Below, in pieces: positions 46,983 to 55,808 of a stretch of DNA of 64,000 bases. The notes beneath the pieces were generated by a model that saw nothing but the letters and a program-made list of their open reading frames with translations, was not told the DNA's origin and did not search any database. This DNA comes from an uncultured Gemmatimonadota bacterium (GTDB taxonomy: Bacteria > Gemmatimonadota > Gemmatimonadetes > Palauibacterales > Palauibacteraceae), in NCBI GenBank assembly GCA_964480515.1, contig CAYZOT010000009.1, positions 33,205-97,204 of the forward strand, in the 5' to 3' direction. The translations under genes and the position numbers were made by a program. How positions within the stretch are numbered: position 1 is the stretch's first letter; every line of letters starts with the position of its first letter.

Positions 46983-49502
46983 ATGACAGACCAGCTACCG
47001 GGCAGATCCGACAGCGGCGCTGCGGGAGCGCCTACCCCCCTCTCTTCCGAGCGAGGGCGAAGGGGGTATCCAGGGTATCCGGGGTATCCTGGGGGATACC
47101 CCGGACAAGAACAAGAAATCGCTCTTGGCGATCTATGGCGTGTATTGCGTCGACAAGGTTGGATAATTGTACTCACATTCGCCCTCGTGGTTGGGGTAAC
47201 CATCTACGTTACTTCGCGTCAAACGCCGGTTTGGCAAGCTTCGAGCCTTATCCGGATAGAGGGAGAAGAAGCGGGCGGTGACGTTCCGATGCTGTTTACC
47301 CAACAATTCGGGGGTGGCAGTGAGCTTGAGACCGAGATGCGTGTGGTCTCAACACGTCCGATCCTATCCCTCGTGGTTGATTCGTTGGACCTCGGCTTCC
47401 AGGTGAATTTGCCACCTGAGGGTCCGCGAGACGAACTGTTCGCTGACATTAGCCTCAATAGGAACTCCGAAGGCAAGACGTACAATATCTCACGGTTAAG
47501 TCGAGATTTATATCGTGTGGAGGCCGTCAGTCCACCGGACTCAGGGGTTAGTGCGCGTTTCTTGAGAGCAGGTGATGAGTTTAAGGCAGGAGAGCGAGTA
47601 ACAATTCCCGGCGGTTTTTTCACTGTTGCACTAGAAAGTGATATGCGTTCTCAGGATTTCGATCCGCCCACAAATCTCGTCATAAGCACTATGGAATTTG
47701 TCGAGGCCGTGAGTGGTTTGCAGGGGGACATCCTCGTTTCACGACCCGATGCGGAGGCGAGCCTGTTTGAGATCTCTCTTACTGGAACGGACCCTGCGCT
47801 TGTGCGCGATATGGTGAATGAAGTAGCGAGCGCCTTCCTTACGCAACGTCGCACCATCCAGAAGACTGAGGCCACGAGTACGGTGGCCTTCCTAAATGGT
47901 CAGTCAGATCTATACCTGACGGACCTTGAGAGTATGGAGACTGAACTTCAGGAGTTTCGTGAGACAGAACAGGTCGTTGCACTTGAGTCCGATGCGGATG
48001 AAAAGGTTCGCCGGTTAGCCTCGCTCCAAGCCGAACGAGCCCAGGTTTCTGGTGAGAGAGATGCATTGGAGGGGCTTCTCGCGGACATCTCGGATTCAGG
48101 TGTTCAGTCGGATTACGTTAGGCTTGTGTCTTTTCCTACGTTTCTTCAGACGGAGGCCATTACGGGCGTAGTTGCGCGGCTGGTGGAAGCCCAGCAGAGA
48201 CGAACTGCTGCCCGAGAGCGGTGGACAGAGAAACATCCTGGTATCGTGGCTTTAGATGCACAGGTGGTGGAACTAGAAGAACGGCTCGGCTCTGTAGGTC
48301 GGAACTATTACGAATCGCTTAACGGACAGCTCGAAGCCCTAGATGAAACACTAGAGACCTTCAGTGAAGAACTAGAGTCTCTGCCAGGGAGAGAACTACG
48401 CTTTGCACGGCTGCAGCGAGAGGTCCAGCTGACCGGTGATCTCCACGCCCTGCTTCAGACACGCCTTAAAGAGGCCGAAATCGCTGAGGCGGTTGAAGAC
48501 CCCAGTGTACGCGTGGTCGAACCCGCTATATATCCACTTGCTCCTGTAAGGCCTCGGCCCAGACAGAACTTGTCGCTCGGAGCCTTCCTTGGATTGGTGT
48601 TGGGTGTCGGGATCGCTTTCGCTCGCGAGCAGATGGATCAAGCTATTCGCTCGAACGAGAATATCGATCAGATGCTAGGGGTTCCTGTCCTTACACGTGT
48701 TCCTCACATGGTAGCTGATAAGCGAGGCCGAGCGAGCCAACTGATTACGGCCCAAAGCGAAGAAAAGAAGCGTGGCTACGGTGGGTCAGTGTCAGCAGAA
48801 GCTTACCGCATCCTTCGGACGAATGTTCTTTTTGCACCGTCCGGAAGCTCGGGTACCGACGGGGCTATCAGTGGTAGGGAAATCGTCATCACCAGTGCGG
48901 GGGCTCAAGAAGGAAAATCTGTCACATCTTCGAACTTGGCCGTCACCTTTGCGCAACAAGGCCACCGCACAGTGATTATAGATGCGGACCTGAGGCGTAG
49001 CACGCTGCATCGCGCTTTCGAGGCGTCCCGCAAGCCAGGGCTATCCAATTACCTTTCGGGTGAGGTTGAGTTCGCAGATGTATTGCAGGAGACGAAAATC
49101 GAAAACTTGTTCCTTGTGCCCGCGGGCGACACTCCGACGAACCCAACTGAGTTGCTGGGAAGTCGAATGATGAACCAACTGATTGAGCATGTACGGGAGT
49201 CTTTCGATTGCTTGGTGATCGATACTCCACCTGTGCTCTCTATGGCAGACGCGGCCGTACTTGGAGGGAAGCTTGACGGGGTTGTGCTGGTTGTCCGATC
49301 GGACCGTACACACCGAAAGGCCGCTCAAGATGCCATAGCACAGTTGACACGAGTAGGTGCGGAAGTACTAGGAGTAGTGTTGAACGATTCTGCTCCCGCC
49401 GGTCGATACGGGTATCGATATTCCTACTACTATGACTACTACGCGAAAGATGTTGACGACACTTCTAAGTCGAAATGGAAGCGACTATTCTCCCGCGCAT
49501 GA
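46983..49502 (+). CDS. Polysaccharide co-polymerase / BY-kinase (Wzc/GumC-EpsB-like tyrosine autokinase)
   Basis: Two TMs flank a coiled-coil periplasmic domain. The C-terminal kinase has Walker A GAQEGKS, Walker A' VIIDADLRR, Walker B LVIDTPP and a Tyr cluster RYGYRYSYYYDYY. Confidence 0.9.
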   Translation: MTDQLPGRSDSGAAGAPTPLSSERGRRGYPGYPGYPGGYPGQEQEIALGDLWRVLRRQGWIIVLTFALVVGVTIYVTSRQTPVWQASSLIRIEGEEAGGDVPMLFTQQFGGGSELETEMRVVSTRPILSLVVDSLDLGFQVNLPPEGPRDELFADISLNRNSEGKTYNISRLSRDLYRVEAVSPPDSGVSARFLRAGDEFKAGERVTIPGGFFTVALESDMRSQDFDPPTNLVISTMEFVEAVSGLQGDILVSRPDAEASLFEISLTGTDPALVRDMVNEVASAFLTQRRTIQKTEATSTVAFLNGQSDLYLTDLESMETELQEFRETEQVVALESDADEKVRRLASLQAERAQVSGERDALEGLLADISDSGVQSDYVRLVSFPTFLQTEAITGVVARLVEAQQRRTAARERWTEKHPGIVALDAQVVELEERLGSVGRNYYESLNGQLEALDETLETFSEELESLPGRELRFARLQREVQLTGDLHALLQTRLKEAEIAEAVEDPSVRVVEPAIYPLAPVRPRPRQNLSLGAFLGLVLGVGIAFAREQMDQAIRSNENIDQMLGVPVLTRVPHMVADKRGRASQLITAQSEEKKRGYGGSVSAEAYRILRTNVLFAPSGSSGTDGAISGREIVITSAGAQEGKSVTSSNLAVTFAQQGHRTVIIDADLRRSTLHRAFEASRKPGLSNYLSGEVEFADVLQETKIENLFLVPAGDTPTNPTELLGSRMMNQLIEHVRESFDCLVIDTPPVLSMADAAVLGGKLDGVVLVVRSDRTHRKAAQDAIAQLTRVGAEVLGVVLNDSAPAGRYGYRYSYYYDYYAKDVDDTSKSKWKRLFSRA
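47062..47104 (+). repeat. In-frame 9-nt tandem repeats (GGTATCC core x3) plus an inverted copy forming an 11-bp hairpin, encoding GYPGYPGYPGGYPG
   Basis: GGTATCC occurs at 47065, 47074 and 47083 (period 9). The inverted GGATACC is at 47094. CCGGGGTATCC (47079-47089) pairs with GGATACCCCGG (47094-47104) around loop TGGG. Confidence 0.8.
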
Positions 49503-49584
49503 TCGGACAATTGGACCACGAAATGCGCACGTCAGTGCGAGTGTTATCAGGCGCTCCTCGATGATTGCTTAGGGGGGAGATTCT

Positions 49585-50646
49585 GTGAAACCACGAAAAG
49601 TTCTCGTGACGGGGGCTGCAGGATTCATCGGTTATCACGTGTCGAACACCTTACTCAAAAGCGGATACGAGGTGGTCGGTCTTGATAACCTCAGCGACTA
49701 TTATGACGTAGAACTCAAGAAAGCGCGGTTGTCGCTTCTTTCGGATCAAGACTGTTTCAGATTTTTGAAGCAGGATATTTCGGAGCAAGCCAAAATGGAC
49801 AGGCTTTTCCGGGACGAAGAGTTTGACGCCGTGGTTCACCTCGCAGCTCAAGCAGGGGTTCGCCATTCGCTCAAGCACCCGTTTGTCTACGTTGATAGCA
49901 ACCTTAAAGGGTTTACGGCTATCCTAGAAGGCTGCCGTCATACAGAAGTTGACCACCTCGTGTTTGCCTCGTCGTCATCCGTATATGGAGCGAATACACG
50001 GCAGCCGTTCTCAGAAAAACACTCGGTCGATCACCCGGTAAGCCTTTATGGTGCGACAAAGAAGGCGAATGAAGTAATGGCACATTCTTACGCCAGGCTT
50101 TTTGGGGTTTCGGTGACGGGACTCCGATTTTTTACCGTCTATGGACCTTGGGGTAGACCCGATATGGCTCTTTTTCGTTTTGCGGAGGGGATTCTTCAAG
50201 GTCGGCCAATTGATGTTTATAATCACGGCGATATGTGGCGTGATTTCACATATGTCGATGATGTGGTGGAAGGTATAGTCCGTGTGCTTGAGAAGCCTGC
50301 GAAACCTGCACAGACATGGTCGTCAGAAGACCCAGACCCGGCCCGAAGCAGTGCACCCTTTAGGGTTTATAATGTGGGGTGTGGTCAACCTGTCAGGCTT
50401 ACGGACTTCATTGATGCGATTGAAGATGTATTAGGTATGGAGTCGCAGAGAAACTTACTGCCTATGCAGCCAGGAGACGTGAAGTCGACCTTCGCAGACA
50501 CATCGGGTCTTGAGGAGGCCGTTGGATATCGACCGCAGGTTTCAGTCGAGGAGGGCGTCCGAGAAACATTGAACTGGTACTTGCAGTTCTACCACGAGGA
50601 TAGCTCTCACGCGGAGGTTCTGGTTAACGCTTCTTCGCAAGGATAG
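49585..50646 (+). CDS. NAD-dependent epimerase, UDP-glucuronate 4-epimerase-like
   Basis: VLVTGAAGFIGYH...GLDNLSDYYDVELKKARL, YGATKKANE (YxxxK) and about 350 aa resemble the Cap1J/LpsL/WbnF group. GGGGGAG SD precedes GTG 49585. Confidence 0.8.
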   Translation: MKPRKVLVTGAAGFIGYHVSNTLLKSGYEVVGLDNLSDYYDVELKKARLSLLSDQDCFRFLKQDISEQAKMDRLFRDEEFDAVVHLAAQAGVRHSLKHPFVYVDSNLKGFTAILEGCRHTEVDHLVFASSSSVYGANTRQPFSEKHSVDHPVSLYGATKKANEVMAHSYARLFGVSVTGLRFFTVYGPWGRPDMALFRFAEGILQGRPIDVYNHGDMWRDFTYVDDVVEGIVRVLEKPAKPAQTWSSEDPDPARSSAPFRVYNVGCGQPVRLTDFIDAIEDVLGMESQRNLLPMQPGDVKSTFADTSGLEEAVGYRPQVSVEEGVRETLNWYLQFYHEDSSHAEVLVNASSQG

Positions 50647-50879
50647 CCAGGACTGTAGAATTACTTTGATCGGAGCCATCTTGATCTCTCCGTCCGCAAA
50701 TTTCACATGAATTTCCCCGGACAGTCCTCTAAGATACGGAAACAAAAAAATCAAATGAGAAGTGACCACAATCCAGTAAAGACCTGTCGGATCTGGCCCG
50801 CCTTAAATTTGACGGGCAGCGTGGACTTTCGTTTCGGAGCGCATCGTCCTCCGAGGCGAACCTTCACCAAGGAGACACC

Positions 50880-52151
50880 ATGAAGGAATCAAAGCTCAAG
50901 CCGAAGAAGAAGCTTGAGGGTATGCGTGTAATGATTCTCGGGATCGACGGTTATCTAGGTTGGACGCTTGCTCTTCGACTCGGAAGCCTCGGGTGTGAGG
51001 TGAGCGGAATCGACAACCAAAACCGAAGGCGATGGGTAGCTGAGCGACGGTCTCACTCGATAGTTCCAATCGAGGATATGGAAAACCGCCTCCAGGCGGC
51101 CCGAGAGGTTCTCGGGATTGAGATTGCGTACCGTGAGTTAGACTTGCTGGATCGTTCCGCGATGCAGGACTTTATCCAAGAGGTTCAACCCGAGGCGATC
51201 GTTCACTATGCGGAGTGCCCAAGTGCACCCTACAGCATGCTAGATGCTGAGCATGCGATTGAGGTCCAACGGAATAACGTTCTTGGGACACTGGGCCTCC
51301 TATTTATAATGCGAGATGTGGTACCGGAGGCTTCCCTCGTCAAACTTGGCACAATGGGAGAATATGGGACTCCGCTTTCAGGTCGCCCCATCTTCGAGGG
51401 AGTATTCCCACCCGAAGCCACCCTACATTGGGATGATCGCGAGTGGAGCTTGGGTGGAGAATTGACACCTCGCGATCCTTCGAGCCTGTATCACGTGAGT
51501 AAGGTTCAGGACACAATCAATGTTTTTGAAGCGTGTAAGTGGTGGAACCTTAGATCGTACGATGTGATGCAGGGGGTTATTTTCGGGGTTCATACCGATC
51601 AGGTTTCCGCAGATCCACGGCTTCGAACCCGCTTCGATATTGACGAATGTTTCGGAACAGTTATTAACCGCTTCGTAGCTCAGGCTGTGGCTGGGATCCC
51701 TCTTACGATCTACGGGACTGGTGGGCAAACCCGCGGGTTTATTTCCCTCGAAGATGCGATGCAATGCATGACTCGTCTGATTTCGTCTCCTCCAGAGGCT
51801 GGGCAGTATGAAGTGGTCAATCAAATTTCAGGGACCCGCGATATCCGTGAACTGGCAGAAGTTGTTGATAGGGTCGGCAAGGACGAGTTTGGCCTTCCAG
51901 TAGTGGTCCATCGCGTCGAAAACCCGCGTGTGGAAGCAAGCAGCCACCCCTTTGAGCCCATTTACGAGAAACTCCCCGATCAGTTCGGGTTCGAATCGAC
52001 CGTCTCATTAGAAGAAGAAGTCCACCGGACGTTTGAACTGCTGACACAACCACATATTAGGGATCGTATTTTAGAGAAGTCTGATCTGATTTTACCAACG
52101 ACCTGGTGGTCGGGTGATCAGAGACTTGTAGAGACGATAGAGGTTCTTTAG
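50880..52151 (+). CDS. sqdB: UDP-sulfoquinovose synthase (SQD1/SqdB/Agl3 family)
   Basis: Collinear with plant SQD1 as I recall it. Matching motifs are VMILGIDGYLGW, SAPYSM, LVKLGTMGEYGTP, YHVSKV, GGQTRGF and NPRVEA. AAGGAG lies 6 nt upstream of ATG 50880. Confidence 0.85.
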   Translation: MKESKLKPKKKLEGMRVMILGIDGYLGWTLALRLGSLGCEVSGIDNQNRRRWVAERRSHSIVPIEDMENRLQAAREVLGIEIAYRELDLLDRSAMQDFIQEVQPEAIVHYAECPSAPYSMLDAEHAIEVQRNNVLGTLGLLFIMRDVVPEASLVKLGTMGEYGTPLSGRPIFEGVFPPEATLHWDDREWSLGGELTPRDPSSLYHVSKVQDTINVFEACKWWNLRSYDVMQGVIFGVHTDQVSADPRLRTRFDIDECFGTVINRFVAQAVAGIPLTIYGTGGQTRGFISLEDAMQCMTRLISSPPEAGQYEVVNQISGTRDIRELAEVVDRVGKDEFGLPVVVHRVENPRVEASSHPFEPIYEKLPDQFGFESTVSLEEEVHRTFELLTQPHIRDRILEKSDLILPTTWWSGDQRLVETIEVL

Positions 52152-52270
52152 GTCGCTAAGCTACGGTTGGATGATAAAGCCAACCCGACTCTAATTCTTA
52201 GCGAATCTTGGACGTTAACGTAGCGTCCGAAAAACATAATCGAACGTAACAGACAAGGAGTGATGCCCGG

Positions 52271-53281
52271 GTGAGTACAGGGTTTGCCAACGCGAGCCAA
52301 TTCTCCATCGGCTTCGACCGACGGGATGGGCAGCGAGTACATGAAATGTGGGATGAGATTTTCCAGACAAACCGTTGGTCGGAAGGACCATTCACACAGC
52401 AATTTGAAGAACTATGGTCTGAGTGGAACAAGATGGGCAGTGTGGCATTCTCGAGTTGGGCTGGGGCTGCTCTCGCCGCCCTTGATTACTTTGATGTTCG
52501 CGGCCAGACAGTGTTATGTCCGTCGAACACCTTCATGGCGACCCCCTTGGCGGCCATCAAGGCGGGGGCTCATGTAGAATTCGTTGATTGTAATCGAGAT
52601 GACCTTTGCATCTCCTTCGAGGATTTCGTCCGGAAAGCTGAGGAACACCAGCCAAAGGCGGCCTGGCTTGTACATATTGGTGGCCACATAGCTTTCCAGG
52701 TAGAAGAGATCGCAGAGTACTGTCGATCAGAAGGAATAACGCTACTAGAAGACTGTGCCCATGCGCATGGAGCAAGTTGGAATGGGAAGAAACCTGGGTC
52801 CTGGGGAGATGCTGGCATCTATTCCTACTACGCCACTAAAACAATTTCCACTGGAGAGGGTGGGATGCTTGTATCCAGCCATTCTGATCTCTTGGATTAC
52901 GCTAAAAAATTCCGGAACTATGGCAAATTCGAACATGAGGTAGAGGGCCTTAATTACCGACTGAGCGAGTTTACCGCGGCTCTAGGGGTGGTGCAGACGG
53001 AACGGATGGATGAAATCGTTAGCTGGAAGAACGAGTATGCTCGGGAGGTTTTGGATGCACAGCACCCAAACCGACTAGTACTTCCTGAAGGCATGAACTC
53101 AGGCTTCTACAAATACATAGTGTTTGACCCTGTAGAGCCCTCTACGGGTAAGGTCTACGACGAACCCTGCCACCGGATTCTTCGGCGAGACGATTCGCTG
53201 CCGAACACCGACTGGGCGGCAGAAAATCACTGGTGTGTTCCGATCTACTATCACGGCGGCACTGAGGGAGATGCTCAATGA
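52271..53281 (+). CDS. DegT/DnrJ/EryC1/StrS family PLP-dependent sugar aminotransferase
   Basis: SNTFMATPLAAIKAGA, EDCAHAHGA and YSYYATKTISTGEGGML (PLP Lys) motifs. GTG start. 336 aa, at the short end of the family. Confidence 0.85.
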   Translation: MSTGFANASQFSIGFDRRDGQRVHEMWDEIFQTNRWSEGPFTQQFEELWSEWNKMGSVAFSSWAGAALAALDYFDVRGQTVLCPSNTFMATPLAAIKAGAHVEFVDCNRDDLCISFEDFVRKAEEHQPKAAWLVHIGGHIAFQVEEIAEYCRSEGITLLEDCAHAHGASWNGKKPGSWGDAGIYSYYATKTISTGEGGMLVSSHSDLLDYAKKFRNYGKFEHEVEGLNYRLSEFTAALGVVQTERMDEIVSWKNEYAREVLDAQHPNRLVLPEGMNSGFYKYIVFDPVEPSTGKVYDEPCHRILRRDDSLPNTDWAAENHWCVPIYYHGGTEGDAQ

Positions 53282-54222
53282 GAGTTCTGGTAACTGGAGG
53301 GACGGGGTTTATCGGGTCGCATGTGGTTGACCGACTGCTCGCCCATGGAGTCACACCGCGGATCTTTGATTTGAAGAGATCTCCCTACCACGATGAAGTT
53401 GAACACCAAATTGGGAGCTTGTTAGATCCGGAAAATCTCAAGATGGCAATGGGTGGTGTAGATGCGGTGATTCACTTGGCCGCGGTCGCTGATGTGAAGG
53501 ATGTTTTTGAAGAGCCAGTATATTCAGAGAACGTGAATATGCGGGGCACACTCAATGTCCTAGAAGCTGCGCGAAGCATGAATGTTTCGCGGGTGGTCTA
53601 CGGAAGCACTACGTGGGTCTACAGTGATTGCAAAGAAAAGACGGTGGAAGAGGAGACCGTTCCCGCACCACCTAGTCACCTGTACACAGCTACGAAGCTT
53701 GCGGGTGAATCATACTGTCGATCATACGCAGAACTGTATGGGGTAAATTATACGATTCTCCGTTTCGGAATTCCCTACGGACCCCGTGCTCGGGATGGAG
53801 CGGTGATTCCAATTTTTGTGCGGAAGGCGTTGGACGGAGACCCCCTTACGGTAGCTGGTGATGGGCTACAGTTCCGAAAGTTCGTGTACGTAGAAGATCT
53901 AGCAGAAGGGGTTACTCTCGCGCTCCGGCCTGTTGCCCAGAATAGGATCTACAACCTCGATGGTGCTGAGGCCGTATCGATTCTCCAGATAGCAGAGACG
54001 ATTCGCGACCTTCTCGGCAATGTAGAGATCGTACATACCGAGGGGCGACCGGGCGACTTTTCTGGTAAGGAGGTAAGTAGTGACCGCGCTCATGAGGAAC
54101 TCGGGTGGGTGCCTTCAACCTCCTTCGAAGAAGGAATGCGGCGTTACGTTGAGTGGTACCAAGAACGGGCATCTGTCCATCAGAAGGCATGGGAGTCGGT
54201 AGATCAGTTACTACTAAGCTGA
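53278..54222 (+). CDS. NAD-dependent epimerase/dehydratase (GalE-like SDR)
   Basis: MRVLVTGGTGFIGSH and YTATKLAGE (YxxxK). 314 aa. ATGA overlap with the upstream stop. Confidence 0.85.
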   Translation: MRVLVTGGTGFIGSHVVDRLLAHGVTPRIFDLKRSPYHDEVEHQIGSLLDPENLKMAMGGVDAVIHLAAVADVKDVFEEPVYSENVNMRGTLNVLEAARSMNVSRVVYGSTTWVYSDCKEKTVEEETVPAPPSHLYTATKLAGESYCRSYAELYGVNYTILRFGIPYGPRARDGAVIPIFVRKALDGDPLTVAGDGLQFRKFVYVEDLAEGVTLALRPVAQNRIYNLDGAEAVSILQIAETIRDLLGNVEIVHTEGRPGDFSGKEVSSDRAHEELGWVPSTSFEEGMRRYVEWYQERASVHQKAWESVDQLLLS

Positions 54223-54274
54223 CGATGTTTTCGCTAACCCAAAGCGCTTCTGGTATAGAAAGATCGGAGGACTG

Positions 54275-55006
54275 CTGGTCGACCCACTGATCACCGTATT
54301 AGTTGCCACATACAACCAGGCAACCTATCTGCCGGAGGCGTTGCAAAGCCTCAAAGCTCAGACGTTATCGTCGTCCGCCTTCGAAATCCTCGTGATCAAT
54401 GATGGATCTACCGATGAAACGTCAGAGGTTTTAAAAGGATATGCGGAATGGATCCGGGTTATCGAGCGAGAGAACCGGGGCCTCGCAGCCACGTGCCAAG
54501 AAGGACTCAATGAGGCGCGAGGGAAGTTTTTTACCCGCCTAGATTCTGACGATATGGTTCACACGGACTGGCTTGAGCTGCTTTTGGATGCATTGGAGGC
54601 ACAGCCCAATGCGTGTTTGGCATACTCGGACCGCTACCTGCTTGAGCAGGGCTGTCGCCGCAGGGTGGATGCAGACGCGAGGAACCTTTATACACTAGAG
54701 GGTTGTGGAACCCTGTTTCGAACAGAAGCAGTGCGGCGGGCAGGGGGCTATCGCGATCTCTTCTGGGAGGAATATGACTTATATCTTCGGCTTCGTCCCG
54801 AAGGCGAATTCGTCCACGTCCCGCATCCTTTGTACTTCTACCGCCAACACCAAGACAACATGACAAACTCGGTGAAGAGTCGTAAGGACGGGTGGGTAGA
54901 ACTGGCGGGATTGTGGGATCACGCAGTGCTCAGGAAGGTTGGACGGCAGGCAGACCTTGAGGATGTTCTCAACAGTCTCAATGAAGGGGCCATGAATGGC
55001 ACGTAA
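54275..55006 (+). CDS. Glycosyltransferase family 2 (start non-canonical or uncertain)
   Basis: The GT-A N-terminus ITVLVATYNQATYLPEALQSLKAQT and DDG-type motifs (LDSDD) are encoded, but beta1 lies upstream of the first canonical start (TTG 54341). In-frame CTGs are at 54272, 54275 and 54287. GGAGG is at 54266-54270. Confidence 0.78.
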   Translation: MVDPLITVLVATYNQATYLPEALQSLKAQTLSSSAFEILVINDGSTDETSEVLKGYAEWIRVIERENRGLAATCQEGLNEARGKFFTRLDSDDMVHTDWLELLLDALEAQPNACLAYSDRYLLEQGCRRRVDADARNLYTLEGCGTLFRTEAVRRAGGYRDLFWEEYDLYLRLRPEGEFVHVPHPLYFYRQHQDNMTNSVKSRKDGWVELAGLWDHAVLRKVGRQADLEDVLNSLNEGAMNGT

Positions 55007-55808
55007 GACTTGCATTATCGCTGAAGTCGGCGAAAACCATATCGGCGACTGGGATCGCGCGCGCGAAATGATAGTGGCCGTCGCTGGTGCGGGAGCGGAC
55101 ATCGTAAAATTCCAGTCCTATCGAGGCGACGAAGTGGCGGCAAATGACCCCGAAAAAGATTGGTTTACAGAGGTCCAACTTTCCGATGAACTGCACTTTG
55201 AACTCAAAGAACTAGCCGAACAGAGTGGGATCGAGTTTTTGAGTGCTCCTTTCAGTTTGAGCCGCGCGAAATTTCTTGTTGAGGAGTTAGGCCTAACGAA
55301 GATTAAGGTGGCTTCGTCAGAGATGATGAATTTCGCACTCCTCGACTATTTGAATGGAAGAGTGAACACAGTTTTCCTTTCTACAGGACTGGCAAATCTT
55401 AGCGAGGTGAGGGAGGCAGTCACTCATTTAGAGGAGGTCAATGAGTTGTGTGTGTTGCAGTGCACGACTCAATATCCGTGTTCTCCAGAGCTGGCAAATC
55501 TTGGGGTGATCTCCACCCTCAAACATGCCTTCCCGGAGCACTCTATAGGGTTTTCCGATCACACGATCGGAATTCTGGCTCCCCTAGTCGCAGTGTCGTG
55601 CGGAGCGAGTGTGATCGAGAAACACTTCACGCTCGACAAGTCTCTTCCAGGGACGGACCATGTCCTCTCTGTTACTCCCGAAGAACTCGGCCAGATGGTG
55701 GAGCAGATTCGAGAGGTGGAGCTATTTCTTGGTGATTCAGAGAAGACACCGACGGATGGAGAAATTGAGATCCGAGAGTTCGTGAGGTCCCGCTTCCCAA
55801 AGGCGTAA
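54996..55808 (+). CDS. NeuB-family (sialic/nonulosonic acid synthase-like) TIM-barrel protein lacking the C-terminal SAF domain
   Basis: IIAEVGENHIGD, ADIVKFQ, GFSDHT and IEKHFTLDK motifs align with NeuB/SpsE. The ORF ends at 270 aa, where the SAF (antifreeze-like) domain would begin. The next gene starts at the stop (TAATG). Confidence 0.8.
   Translation: MARKTCIIAEVGENHIGDWDRAREMIVAVAGAGADIVKFQSYRGDEVAANDPEKDWFTEVQLSDELHFELKELAEQSGIEFLSAPFSLSRAKFLVEELGLTKIKVASSEMMNFALLDYLNGRVNTVFLSTGLANLSEVREAVTHLEEVNELCVLQCTTQYPCSPELANLGVISTLKHAFPEHSIGFSDHTIGILAPLVAVSCGASVIEKHFTLDKSLPGTDHVLSVTPEELGQMVEQIREVELFLGDSEKTPTDGEIEIREFVRSRFPKA

Noticed and set aside
47062-47104. Short direct repeats considered as a CRISPR-like or intergenic repeat array
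   Set aside because: The period is only 9 nt with no spacers, and it lies inside the wzc-like ORF in frame. It is a coding (YPG)n repeat, not a CRISPR array.
52263-52274. Mini-ORF ATG-CCC-GGG-TGA whose stop overlaps the GTG start of the DegT gene
   Set aside because: The AAGGAG at 52255-52260 is only 2 nt from this ATG, which is too close. It is 10 nt from GTG 52271, so the SD serves the DegT start and the mini-ORF is probably fortuitous.
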